In this document: positions 37,101 through 49,431 of the stretch, piece after piece | How the letters are laid out: every line of letters begins with the position of its first letter | How positions within the stretch are numbered: position 1 is the stretch's first letter | From: Macrostomum hystrix | Taxonomy: Eukaryota > Animalia > Platyhelminthes | Direction: 5' to 3' | DNA: 64,000 bases | Assembly (NCBI GenBank): GCA_950097015.1 | Contig: CATNEN010000029.1 | Span: forward strand, 124,001 to 188,000 | The notes under the pieces: generated by a model | The model's input: only the letters and a program-made list of their open reading frames with translations | What the model was told of the DNA's origin: nothing | Databases searched by the model: none | Translations under genes and position numbers: made by a program

Positions 37101-40100
37101 AGTTTAATGTTCATTTCATAACTTCGATGACTTTTGTTATTCGTAAACTTAAAAAACGCTAATTTTCTAAGAAATCATAGTCATTCTTCTTCTCTGCTCT
37201 GCTCTCGGCAATGCAGCGCCGTCCACCTGAAGGACCTGATGCAGCTGAGCGCAGCCCTGCCAGACAAGCTGACCGGAGCTGCCACAAGTCGGTTTTTCAA
37301 TTTTCGCAAACTGGCCCAACTGGCCCAGACCATCTGCCTGCTGATCTCAGCTCAGGGCACCCCAATCAGTATCGAGGAGAACCCGAACCTGTGCAATACG
37401 CTCAGGGTAAATGCCAAATAATAATAATAATTGCAGGAGGGCTGCGGGCAGTGGCACATCATTTGGTGACACATAGACACGCAGCCAGCGAGAAGGCGAT
37501 TCTGCTCATTTTGCTGACTCCTGACCACACACTCACACAGGTGTGTACATCTGCCCTGATTTTCTCATCGTCAGGCAGTGTACACTTTCACTGTGCCTTA
37601 GAGGTTGGCCTTCAAGCGCGTAAATTGCACGACAAGCCCCCAAGCCTTCTCTCCGCGACTGCGCCCAAAATAAATGTGGCCTCGCCGCGGAATCGAACTT
37701 AGGGACCTTCATGGCGCGAGAGGCAAACGCGTTAACCGCTCTGCCACCGACCTCCTTAAAATAGCTCAAAGAAATTGATATTTAAATCAAATAGTTTAGT
37801 CTCGTCTGTATATCCGTATTCCTCTTTGCAGCTCTCGCTGGATTGTCACTACACGGAGGACGACATCTATGAAGTGTCCCTGCTGAGGGAGCCTCGCTGT
37901 TTGGCTTCGGTAATTTAGTTGCCATGACAACTCGGACAGGTGCTAATTAGGAATTGCAACACGACCAGCCGGAAATGACATCCATTTTGGATGATATGGA
38001 AATTCCTTTACTAATTAAGCATGGAGTCGTAGTCAATGGACTGGAAAGGCCGTTTTACTTGCCCGAGTTTCTACTTCGGAAGGACACAAAACAGCTTCCC
38101 TCAGGCCCAGATTCGAACTCCCGACCTCACAGGTCTGAAGCTCTCACAATAAGGCCTTTTCTTATAAGTCTATACAAGGTAGGCCGACTCATGCTCTCAG
38201 AGGCACCCAGGGATAAAAATAGACAATCAGATAGGGAGGATTCAAGATCCTCGAGCCTGCTATAGTCATCTCGGCCACGATTTGCAAGCCAAACTAATAA
38301 TTATTCAGCAAATTTGTTTCTGCTCCCAGCTGAAATCATTGCACCATGGAGGCTAATAATTTATTTTTCTCTCCGAGAAAGTATTTTCTTATAGTTTTAC
38401 GCTAATGCGACACGAATTGCACTATTAGCCTAGGCTGACTTTGAGATCTAACGTCCCCTGCAACTCAAGCAGCTGCAGTTGGGACTTGAGTTGAGGGGGA
38501 GTTTGAGTAGAAGTCCTAGGAATGCAGCTTTTTTAATCTTTTCAAGTAAAACTTTCATTTCTATTTCAAAGGCTTGCTGAGGTTTTCCGGCCATCGTTTT
38601 ATGGTTGCTAAGGGGCTTACGACTTGTCCACCTGGAAAGCAGATTAGCTTTTCAACTAGAACATGAACAGACACAAAATAGTCTGCTAGCTCTCGTAGAC
38701 TCATGTATGTAAAATAAAACTTTTTTTAAAAATTAACAAAAGTTTCACGTCAACCCACAAGCCTTCAACCCCAACTAAGCCGGTGGTATTCGCGCAGTGG
38801 GTCTCAGGTTCGAAGCCACCACATCCTGAGACGCTTAAGAGGCACATCTTCGACATGGTTGAGGTAAACTCTCGGCAGAAGTCTGTTTCAGTCGCAGCAC
38901 ACTAATTCAATATATTTGACTGCCTCACCCAACCCAACCCACATCCAACCTACATCCACCAATCATATCATCAGTTTCTTATTTTCTAAAAGCCAACCTC
39001 ACTCCGCGTCAGCCCGTCAATCCTGTCTACTCTTATTTTCTAACCCGCGAAGCTCCACCTCACTGGACTCGCTTCAGCCCGCCAATCGTCACCACTCTTA
39101 TTTTCTACCCCAAAAACCCACCTCACTCCGCTTCAGTGCGCCAACCGTCACCACTCTTATTTTCTACCCCAAAAACCCACCTCACTCCCCTTCAGTCCGC
39201 CAATCGTCACTATTCTTATTTTCTAACCCACGAAGCCCCACCTCACTCCGCTTCAGACCAATCAGTATTCCCCTTACGATTATTACTAATGCTCCATTCT
39301 ATTTTACTCTGCTCTATTCAGGCTGTGTTCAAGGTCTATGACCACGACAAGGACGAGATGATTTCCGAAGCTGAATTCGAACAGATTGCAGAGAATTTCC
39401 CCTTCATCGACTCATTCGCTGTGCTAGACACCGACAAGTGAGACTGACAATAATGCCAGGGCTGTAAGGCACTCTCAGGAATTTAAAGTGCAATTTCTAA
39501 ATTTGTCTCGGGTGCAATCGGGTGTTAACTCAGGTGCAACGAAAAATTGTTCCAAAGTGCTCGAAGATGACCAAATTTGGAATGGGCGTAGTTAAGTCAA
39601 ATAGGCGAAGAATTAGAAATTACTTTGAGCACGCTTCGTCACCTCTCAGATATCCCTCAGGTATAGGTCAGGTGAGTAGATTCTTGCGCTAAGCTGTCAT
39701 GTAAGGCGCGGGTGACATGAAACGTCCTTACTCAGCCAGTCAGGCTACAACTGACAGGATTATTTAACAAAAAGCTGATTTACTAAAGCAGAGAACGAAG
39801 AGGAGGCCGCCTGTAAGCCAATGCAGGTGAGAGGAGGCGGGAATCGAAAATTATTTCCCAACCTGACAGAGCTTGCCTGAGAAATATATTGCTATTTGTC
39901 CGAATGAGATCAAAGCATTTTTTGATCCTTAGATATATGGGACATTGTCGCGAACGATTCCTCTGGGAGCTGACAATGGGAGAATTGCATTGGGTCCAAT
40001 GTGCAACCATGCATTTTAGTTGGCAATATTCTATAAAGGATTAGTTGTGCTTTAGCCAGCATTTTCATTCAGTTCCACAACAATCTAATCTACAGTACCC

Positions 40101-43100
40101 GTAGATTCATTTGACTGAAATAGAAATACTATTTCTATTTAATAGAAATTAAAGGTTCTAGAATCTAGATCGTGAAAAATAGTCTAGATTTAGTGAACTA
40201 TTTCTAGAGAACTATTGAGAACTAGACCTAGAGAACTATTGAGAACTAGACCTAGAGAACTATTGAGAACTAGACCTAGAGAACTATTGAGAACTAGACC
40301 TAGAGAACTATTGAGAACTAGACCTAGAGAACTATTGAGAACTAGACCTAGAGAAATATTGAGAACAACATCTAGAGAACTATTGAGAACTAAACCTACA
40401 CATGGAGAACTAGTAAGAACTAGATCTAGAGAGCCATTTGGAACAACACATACAGAACTATTGGGAACTAGACCTTGAGAAGCATTGTTAACTAGATCTA
40501 GAGAAATAATATTCATTCATTCATAGATACCGGGCTATCAATAAAAATCTAATACTACTTGCTATGGGTAGTAAGTTAAGCACTTAAAACACCAATTATC
40601 ACCCTAGCGATGGCTTGATATCGAAGTCCGAGCTGAAGGACTACTTCATTCGGGCTAATTCGCATGCGTTGAAAAGCAGTTTCAAGCACGCCTTCCACGA
40701 GACCTCCTACTTCAAGCCGACCTTCTGTGACCGCTGCGCCGGCCTTCTCTGGGGCCTCATCAAACAGGGCTGGAAGTGCCGCGACTGCGGCATCAACGTG
40801 CACAAGCACTGCAAAGACACCGTCGTCATGGAGTGCCGACGGCCTGGCCACGGCCGCAGCCCTGAGACCCAAACTGCATCAGGTTGGGTTAGCCACTGCT
40901 TCAACTTGATTCAGACACTCTGAATAGCTACTCCATCTTCGTCACTCCATTGTCGTCACTCTGAATGGTCACTCAATCTCAGTCACTCTGAATAGTCACT
41001 CAATCTCAGTCACTCTGAATAGTCACTCAATCTCAGTCACTCTGAATAGTCACACAATCTCAGTCACTCTGAATAGTCACTCAATCTCAGTCACTCTGAA
41101 TAGTCACTCTGAATAGTCACTCAATCTCAGTCACTCTGAATAGTCACTCAATCTCAGTCACTATGAATAGTCACTCAATCTCAGTCACTATGAATAGTCA
41201 CTCAATCTCAGTCACTCTGAATAATCACTCAATCTCAGTCACTATGAATAGTCACTCAATCTCAGTCACTCTGAATAATCACTCAATCTCAGTCACTCTG
41301 AATAGTCACTCAATCTCAGTCACTCTGAATAGTCACTCAATCTCAGTCACTCTGAATAGTCACTCAATCTCAGTCACTCTGAATAGTCACACAATCTCAG
41401 TCACTCTGAATAGTCACTCTGAATAGTCACTCAATCTCAGTCACTCTGAATAGTCACTCAATCTCAGTCACTATGAATAGTCACTCAATCTCAGTCACTA
41501 TGAATAGTCACTCAATCTCAGTCACTCTGAATAATCACTCAATCTCAGTCACTCTGAATAGTCACTCAATCTCAGTCACTCTGAATAGTCACTCAATCTC
41601 AGTCACTCTGAATAGTCACTCAATCTCAGTCACTCTGAATAGTCACTCAATCTCAGTCACTCTGAATAGTCACTCAATCTCAGTCACTCTGAATAGTCAC
41701 TCAATCTCAGTCACTCTGAATAGTCACTCAATCTCAGTCACTCTGAATAGTCACTCAATCTCAGTCACTCTGAATAATCACTCAATCTCAGTCACTCTGA
41801 ATAGTCACTCAATCTCAGTCACTCTGAATAGTCACTCAATCTCAGTCACTCTGAATAGTCACTCAATCTCAGTCACTCTGAATAGTCACTCAATCTCAGT
41901 CACTATGAATAGTCACTCTGAATAGTCACTCCCCCGTCACTTGGACAACGTCCCTGTCTCCTCAGGTGGCAACCCTGGCGGCGGCAACAACACCACCTCC
42001 GTCTCCCAACTCGATGTTCAACAGCTCACGTCGGTCCAGGAGTTTCCAGGCGGCGGCAGAGGTCAGCAGTCGTCCCGACAGTCGCCGCCACTGCCGCCAG
42101 CATTGAGAAGGGAGGAGCGGTCTGCTCAAACTGATTTGAGCGCCCTCGGTACGGCTGAGGGATGGAGCCCCTTTGCGGAAACAAAGGAACTCGACAGGCT
42201 GGCACAAGTGAGATCTCTGGAACTAGATCTCTATGGAACTAGATCTCTAAGGAACTAGATCTCTATGGAACTAGATCTCTATGGAACTAGATCTCTAAGG
42301 AACTAGATCTCTATGGAACTAGATCTCTATGGAACTAGATCTCTATGGAACTAGATCTCTATGGAACTAGATCTCTAAGGAACTAGATCTCTAAGGAACT
42401 AGATCTGTATGGAACTAGATCTCTATGGAACTAGATCTCTAAGGAACTAGATCTCTATGGAACTAGATCTCTAAGGAAATAGATCTCTAAGGAACTAGAT
42501 CTCTATGAAACTAGATCTCTAAGGAACTAGATCTCTAAGGAACTAGATCTCTAAGGAACTAGATCTCTAAGGAACTAGATCTCTAAGGAACTAGATCTCT
42601 ATGGAACTAGATCTCTATGGAACTAGATCTCTATGGAACTAGATCTCTATGGAACTAGATCTCTATGGAACTAGATCTCTATGGAACTAGATCTCTATGG
42701 AACTAGATCTCTATGGAACTAGATCTCTATGGAACTAGATCTCTAAGGAACTAGATCTCTAAGGAACTAGATCTGTATGGAACTAGATCTCTATGGAACT
42801 AGATCTCTAAGGAACTAGATCTCTATGGAACTAGATCTCTATGGAACTAGATCTCTAAGGAACTAGATCTTTATGGAACTAGATCTCTATGGAACTAGAT
42901 CTCTATGGAACTAGATCTCTAAGGAACTAGATCTCTATGGAATTAGATCTCTAAGGAACTAGATCTCTATGGAACCAGATCTCTATGGAACTAAATCTCT
43001 ATGGAACTAGATCTCTAAGGAACTAGATCTGTATGGAACTTGATCTCTATGGAACTAGATCTCTATGGAACTTAAACTCTATGGAACTAGATCTCTAAGG

Positions 43101-43504
43101 AACTAGATCTCTATGGAACTAGATCTCTAAGGAACTAGAACTCTATGGAACTAGATCTCTATGGAACTAGATCTCTATGGAACCAGATCTCTATGGAACT
43201 AAATCTCTATGGAACTAGATCTCTAAGGAACTAGATCTGTATGGAACTTGATTTTTCTAGGAAATGTAATTTGGTGCAAAACCTTGGTAAAAAGCCGGGA
43301 CACAACGAGCCTGTTGATCGTTTCCTCTCCTAGGAGAACACGCGCCTGCGCAATGAGACTGCTCAGCTGAGGCTTCAGGCGCAGAGCCAGGCGGCAAGCA
43401 TTGCGAGCCTGAGGTCCCAGATGTTCGGCATGCGACAGCAGACGCTCAACTTTATCCTGCGCCAGATGGATGCGCTGGATATTCAGCGGAACTCCGAGGT
43501 CTAG
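34151..43504 (+). CDS. RASGRP: RAS guanyl-releasing protein (RasGRP/CalDAG-GEF): REM, CDC25 GEF, two EF-hands, C1, coiled coil
   Basis: Exons 34151-34251, 34338-34497, 34882-35013, 35108-35258, 35732-35905, 36436-36552, 36624-36721, 37217-37406, 37832-37909, 38762-38863, 39322-39437, 40608-40882, 41966-42207, 43334-43504; phases match. Motifs: LEPEQLAAQLTVLEFKAFRRI, FNGLSQWVQCMIL, NYNSLMSVIGGLNHSSIARL, KIPILAVHLKDL, DHDKDEMISEAEF, DTDNDGLISKSEL, C1 HAFHETSYFKPTFCDRC...C..C...VHKHC...EC. Confidence 0.95.
35330..35660. repeat. 28-bp intronic minisatellite (tagaatcgaagcaggaatcgtacctacg)
   Basis: Tandem units. Confidence 0.92.
35990..36400. repeat. Degenerate intronic repeat (gactaattagacagg(t/c)gata...)
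   Basis: Recurrent taattagacagg motif. Confidence 0.8.
37417..37754 (-). mobile_element. tRNA-derived SINE, most complete copy
   Basis: Minus strand GGAGTCGGTGGCAGAGCGG (A box) ... AAGTTCGATTCC (B box), shared body, (TAT)n tail. Confidence 0.82.
38990..39275. repeat. Degenerate ~60-bp intronic repeat (cacctcactccgcttcag...ccaatcgtcac...ttattttcta)
   Basis: Four to five diverged copies. Confidence 0.8.
40195..40505. repeat. 24-bp intronic minisatellite (ctagagaactattgagaactagac)
   Basis: Tandem units. Confidence 0.93.
40915..41932. repeat. 27-bp intronic minisatellite (actctgaatagtcactcaatctcagtc)
   Basis: About 37 units. Confidence 0.97.
42212..43250. repeat. 16-bp intronic minisatellite (ggaactagatctcta(t/a))
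   Basis: About 65 units, starting immediately after the GTGAG donor. Confidence 0.97.
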
Positions 43505-43549
43505 GAGAGTGAAACACTCATAAGACCAATTCTGATTAAGGGAAATCCC

Positions 43550-43915
43550 GAACCACCAGAATCCAGTTTCCGGGAAATCCACAACTGTCTAAATCCATAT
43601 TCAGGGAAATCCAGAAATGTCTAAATCGAGATTCGGGGAAGTCCACAACTGTCAAAATCCAGATTTGGGGAAATCCAGATTTGGGGAAATCCAGATTTGG
43701 GGAAATCCAGATTTGGGGAAATCCAGATTTGGGGAAATCCAGATTTGGGGAAATCCAGATTTGGGGAAATCCAGATTTGGGGAAATCCAGATTTGGGGAA
43801 ATCCAAAAATTTCTAAATCCAGATTCGGGAAATCCATAATTGTCTAAATCAAGATTTGGGGAAATCCAGATTCGTGGAAATCCAGAAATGTCTAATTCGA
43901 GATCCAAGGAAATCC
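43550..43915. repeat. 16-bp repeat (gaaatccagatttggg) just downstream of the RasGRP stop
   Basis: Homogeneous core 43660-43805 with degenerate flanks. Confidence 0.93.
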
Positions 43916-45369
43916 CGAACCTATCAACCAACAACTAGTTATTTTTCGTATTTTGCAGAACTGTCATCTCGCTCCTCGCAGAACTGTCCCTAATTATGCG
44001 CCTTCTTCACGGTATAGTTCTGAAAGAAACTTTAAATATTTTATTAATACTTTTATTGATAGAATATTTTCTGAGTCCCAATAGCTTTTCAATCGTGCAG
44101 CGCAAGAAACTAAATTGCATGTTATTTTACGTCTTTGAGCAATTAGCGTTTTGAATGGATGGCCTGCTTTCAATGCCAGATCAATAAAAATATTTTAATC
44201 GATAACAAACTATTTGGCATCAGTATTAACGAATTACATTTCAGGCCCGTTACATTTACATTTGCTGAGGTGCGCGGAATTCGACTTTGTGCTTTTGTAA
44301 GCAACCTGTAATCCACAATCCGGAAAGAAAGTTTAAGCGACTAAATAAATATTATTTTATTTGTATTTTAGTAAAGTATCATTCCAAATATATTTCGATT
44401 TGAATAAAACAACGATATAAAAAGTGCACTATCCAATTAACATCGTAAAATTTATATATTTCATTTTGACCTGACTACCTCAAAGTTAAATAACACTGAA
44501 ATTCTAAAAAGCATTTTTACTATATAATTAGCAATCCAAAGTCCAAACCTAAGAGCTCTGAAAATAGAATGTGTTTAACTAGTGTTTTTCTAAAAATAGA
44601 CTATTCACGGTAAACCCCAATCTAAAAATAGCCTTTCCAGACGAACCAGATCTAAATATAGAATGGCCGCTGAAGAACCCCAATCTAAATATGGTAATAC
44701 GCGAAAACCATATTTCTAAAACTAGAATGGAGATCTCAGTTATCTTATCTTAATGTCTAAGTTAAAAAAAATTATGGTGCACATCGTCTAGTAGCCTGTC
44801 GGTTGGATGAGTAAAATGGCCAAAATAATGGACATATAATCGATTGATTTATGCCTCTAAAACGCGCAGGGTCAGAGGTGCCTAGCTGGTTGGCTATCAC
44901 AGAGAGGTACATACTGAAATTGGATAATAGACAACGTTTAACTGTATAGCACACGATAGATATAAAGCTGTTTACACTATGATAGTTAGTAAAAATCAAT
45001 TGATGGACGCTCACTTTTAGAACTCCGCACAGTCGACTCAAACAAGACTGCAATTTACGAGGGCGTCAAGACACGAAAGAATGAAAATATCAGATTTTAC
45101 AACAGCACTATAGTGTGAACCGCACGCTGAACATCGAAAAATGAAGAGGTTCTCTTTCAGAAAAAAAGAGAAAATGAATTTTACTAAGTCGTCTGCAGGT
45201 CAGTCCGAATGAGGCACCTAGAGGCGAATCGAGTGAGTCGTTTAAAACATACCGCCGCACAAACGCACATACGACGTACTTACTATAAGTAGAAACAAAC
45301 GGAAAAATACATCGCGAACAATAGCTGTTAAAAAATGTTAGTATCCCATTTCATTTGCGACATCGGGTG

Positions 45370-45836
45370 CACTGACAGGACAGAGCGACAGGACAGAGTG
45401 ACAAGACAGAGCGACAGGACAGGGTGACAGGACAGAGTGACAGGACAGAGTGACAGGACATAGTGACAGGACAGAGTGACAGGACATAGTGACAGGACAG
45501 AGCGACAGGACAGAGTGACAGGACAGAGTGACAGGACAGAGTGACAGGACAGAGCGACAGGACAAAGTGACAAGACAGAGCGACAGGGCGGAGTGACAGG
45601 ACATGGTGACAGGACAGAGTGACAGGACACAGTGACAGGACAGGGTGACAGGACAGGGTGACAGGACAGGGTGATAGGACAGGGTGACAGGACAGGGTGA
45701 CAGGACAGGGTGACAGGACAGAGTGACAGGACAGGGTGACCGGACAGGGTGACCGGACAGGGTGACAGGACAGGGTGACAGGACAGGGTGACAGGACAGA
45801 GTGACAGGACAGGGTGACAGGACAGGGTGACAGGAA
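45370..45836. repeat. 13-bp minisatellite (acaggacag(g/a)gtg)
   Basis: Tandem units between the convergent genes. Confidence 0.95.
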
Positions 45837-46440
45837 AGAGATGGAGTACAGAGTGCAGAGTGACAAGCTGGTGTTGCGAAAGTTCGGAATGCAGAGGCGA
45901 CTAGAAGGAAAAACAGATTAGGAAGCATAAATTACTGAAAAGGCGCGAGTTACTCAGCGGGCATCCCATTTTGTCCTTCTAAAATCGCCCTGGTATACCG
46001 AAGTCTGACAGAAAGACAATTTTTGGGAATAAGAACAATCACTTGATTTTTAGTACTTGATTAATGCTGGACAGATAATTGTCATAAAAATAATTACTCG
46101 ATATATAGGCTTTAAACATCAAGCTTAACAAAACCAAAAACCACATTGGGCAACATACACCCTGAAAATGAATGCAACAATTAATAAGAAAGTAAGAAAT
46201 AAGTTAGGGTTTAGTGTTGAAAATGTGCAACCAAAGACACAGCAAAAAATAGGAAAAATTAGAAATAGAAACTTAGAATCTTTGCACAAGAAATTCATTT
46301 GTTAACCCAATTTCCAACTCAATCAGCCAATCGGAGACAAGGCGAAAAACTTCGTCCCCAACTAGCCAATGAGAAATCAGCAAAGATTGTCTCTCCTCCC
46401 CACCCAGTCCAGGCCAGCCAATCGGCGTCGACTAATTTGT

Positions 46441-48369
46441 TCATTTGGCCCCGCGGCCGCTGGGCGGCGGATCGATCGGTTGGAAGCCGCGCATCTCGCT
46501 ATTAATCCTGTCCCGTTCCATCAGGTATTCGCCTTCGGAGCAGCTGCCAAGAGCCGAACTTCTGCCGCTCTTTGCCTGAGGAAAGACCGCCCGCTCGATT
46601 ACTGCGAATAGAAAATTGAGATAAATTTTATAAAAAACTTTTGCACATACCAATCAGCCTACTCAGTCTGCAGTTTGATAGTAGTTTAGGCAGAATTATT
46701 TTCAGTAGCTTTAGCATTGCTTTGAATTTCGATACAAAAGCAGCTGCATCTTACATTTTCCTAACTATTTTAAGGCTAGTAACGAAGTATAAAATTAATC
46801 CCAGAAACATACTCGGCCCTTAATTAGGCCAAGGAAAGAAAGGATGAGAGAAATATAGCTGTAATATGAAGTATTGACCGGCCGTTGTACCGGGACTTAG
46901 AAATCGAAAATTAGAAATCGGGATTTAGAAATCCGGATTAAGAATTCGGGATTAAGAAATCGGGATTTAGAAATCCGGATTAGGAATTCGGGATTAAGAA
47001 ATTGGGAGTTAGAAATCGGCCGTTGTACCGGGACTTAAAAATCGAAAATAAGAAATCGGAATTTAGAAATCTGGATTAAGAATTTGGGATTAAGAAATCG
47101 GGATTTAGAAATCGGGATTAAGAAATCGTGATTTAGAAATCAGGATTAAGAAATCGGGATTTAGAAATCGGGATTAAGAGATCGGGATTTAGAAATAGGG
47201 ATTAAGAAATCGGGATTAAGAGATCGGGATTTAGAAATAGGGTTTTAGAAATCGGGATTTAGAAATCGGGATTCGGAAATGGAATCATCAGTCTGCGACA
47301 TACTCGATAGCTGGTACTGCACTGCTTGCAGATTGTACAGGCAGTTGTTCAGCGTGTCCTGCAGCTGACTTCGCTGCTGCTGCTGCTGCTGCTGTTGAAG
47401 CCGATCCGGACTGCGCTGCTGAAGCATCGGCAGGTCCTCCGCCGGGCTCGGGGTCCGGCTAAGATGGCGACTGCGACGCAGTTTGGCCAACAGCTCGTCG
47501 GAGCAGCGGCGCAGCTTGCAGGACATCTGCAGAAGGCTAGCGGCCAGGACAGTGTCGTAGACGGCTCCTCCGTCAGCTGCGGCGGCGGCTGCTGCGGCGG
47601 CAGTCGAAGATGCGGAAGAAGGCAGCACAGCTGCGGAGCGGCTCCGGTGGTTGCCGAGAGTGGCAGCAGCCGATGGCGAGTGGCAGCAATGCACCGGAGA
47701 GAAGGCCGACAGACGACCAGTGACGTTGCCGTAGTCCTGTCCAGCATAAGCATCAGTTTTGTTGAATAGCATCACGGGAGTTAGCAAGAACATTCCTAAC
47801 CTACTGAATAGCCACCTCAACATCCATCTCACTCCATTCTATCACACGACCCTCATACTGACAGCCACCTCACTCCATCTGTCCATTCTTACACCCATCC
47901 CTCATTCCGACAGCCACCTCACTCCATTTTAACACCCATCCCTCATTTCGACTGCCACCCCACTCCATTCTAAGACCCACCTCTCACACTGACAGCCACC
48001 TCACTCCATCTGTCCATTCTAACATTCATCCTTCATTCTGACAGCCACCCCCTCCATTCTAACACCCACCCCTTTTATTCCCCTTCTCCATCAATAGGTT
48101 TCAGCCAATGGCTGGCAGCCGCAACGCACATCATGCCTGGTCAGCCTCTCCAGATCTCTGCTGAGCTCGGAGCCGGAGCCAAATCTAGCCTGGTTAGCCA
48201 GCTGACGAGCCAGCAGGTCCTCGCTAGAGGCGCCCTGCTGCTGGTAGCGGATGCTGGCCTCGTGAAGGCTCAGCGGCCTGCTGGAACCAACGATACCGCC
48301 GAGGAAACGGGCATCGAAAGCCTGCTGCCTCGGTTGCGGCTTGCTACGCTGCTGTATGAATATCAGCTG

Positions 48370-48400
<31 letters not shown>

Positions 48401-49393
48401 TGTTGCTGAGTGTAACAGGATGTGGGAAGCCGGGAAGGCTGCGTTGGCATTTGGGACGCCTTCAAAGAGTGCCTGCCGTACTCGAATCGGACAGGCTCAC
48501 CACTGGATCCGCCAGAGCCACCGCTGCCGCTTCTGAGCCTCTGCGCCTGTTGCTGCTGCTGTTGTTGTTGTTGTTGCTGCTGTCCCGGAGACAGACCAGA
48601 CGAGCTGCCCCTGAGAGCCGATAGCCGAGATCGGATTCCGCCACCGCGCGGCGGTGGCACGGTGTCGTATGGATTGGCGCAGTCTTCGGCTAGCGCGTCA
48701 ATCACTGACGAAGGCAGGGAGCTGCGCTTCTTGATCACCGGATGCTGCTGCTGATGTGGCAGGTGCTGGTACTGCTGTTGGTACTGCTGCTGATACTGGT
48801 TAGGGTGCTGGTGCCCGCGGTATGCCTGCTGCGGTGACACGCCCCCCTCTGAGTCGTCTGACGAGATCTCGTCGTCCATGATTGCCGACGAGGCTGACGC
48901 CGCCGCCACAGCGGCCGCTGCTGCCGCCGCCGATTCTTCGTCGTCGGCGAAGGGGATGTCCAGTGCGCTGCGAGCCAGTCGGGCCTCCATGTCGTGCAGG
49001 AGGGTGGCCGTGTCGTGCAGCAGGCAGGCCGTGTCCAAGCCGCCGACGCCGCCGCAGCCGAAGCCGTCGTCCTGTCGCAGTCTGAAGGACACCATGCTCT
49101 GGCTCATGATGGCAGCCGCGGCTTCTGCACCGCTAGCCGTCGACGCCAAGGGAGGACCCGCCCTCAAGCAGGCCGCAACGACAGCGGTGTCGGCAGCTTC
49201 GGCTCTGCTTGACAGCGACCCTGTCACAATTGGCGTCGGCTTTGACGCCACCGCGGCTGCTGCAGTTGAGGCTGCAGGGAATGACCGATAGCCCAGATCG
49301 TTCAGCTGCGAATCAGAGGCCAATAGGCGCCGTGTGTCCTGCAGCTGCTGCTGCTGCCGGCTGCTGTAGTGCTGCTGCTGCTGCTGCTGTTGC

Positions 49394-49431
<38 letters not shown>

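Noticed and set aside
45055-45110. Second TACGAGGG, a possible mariner end
   Set aside because: Only 8 bp match; no partner TIR or transposase sequence follows.
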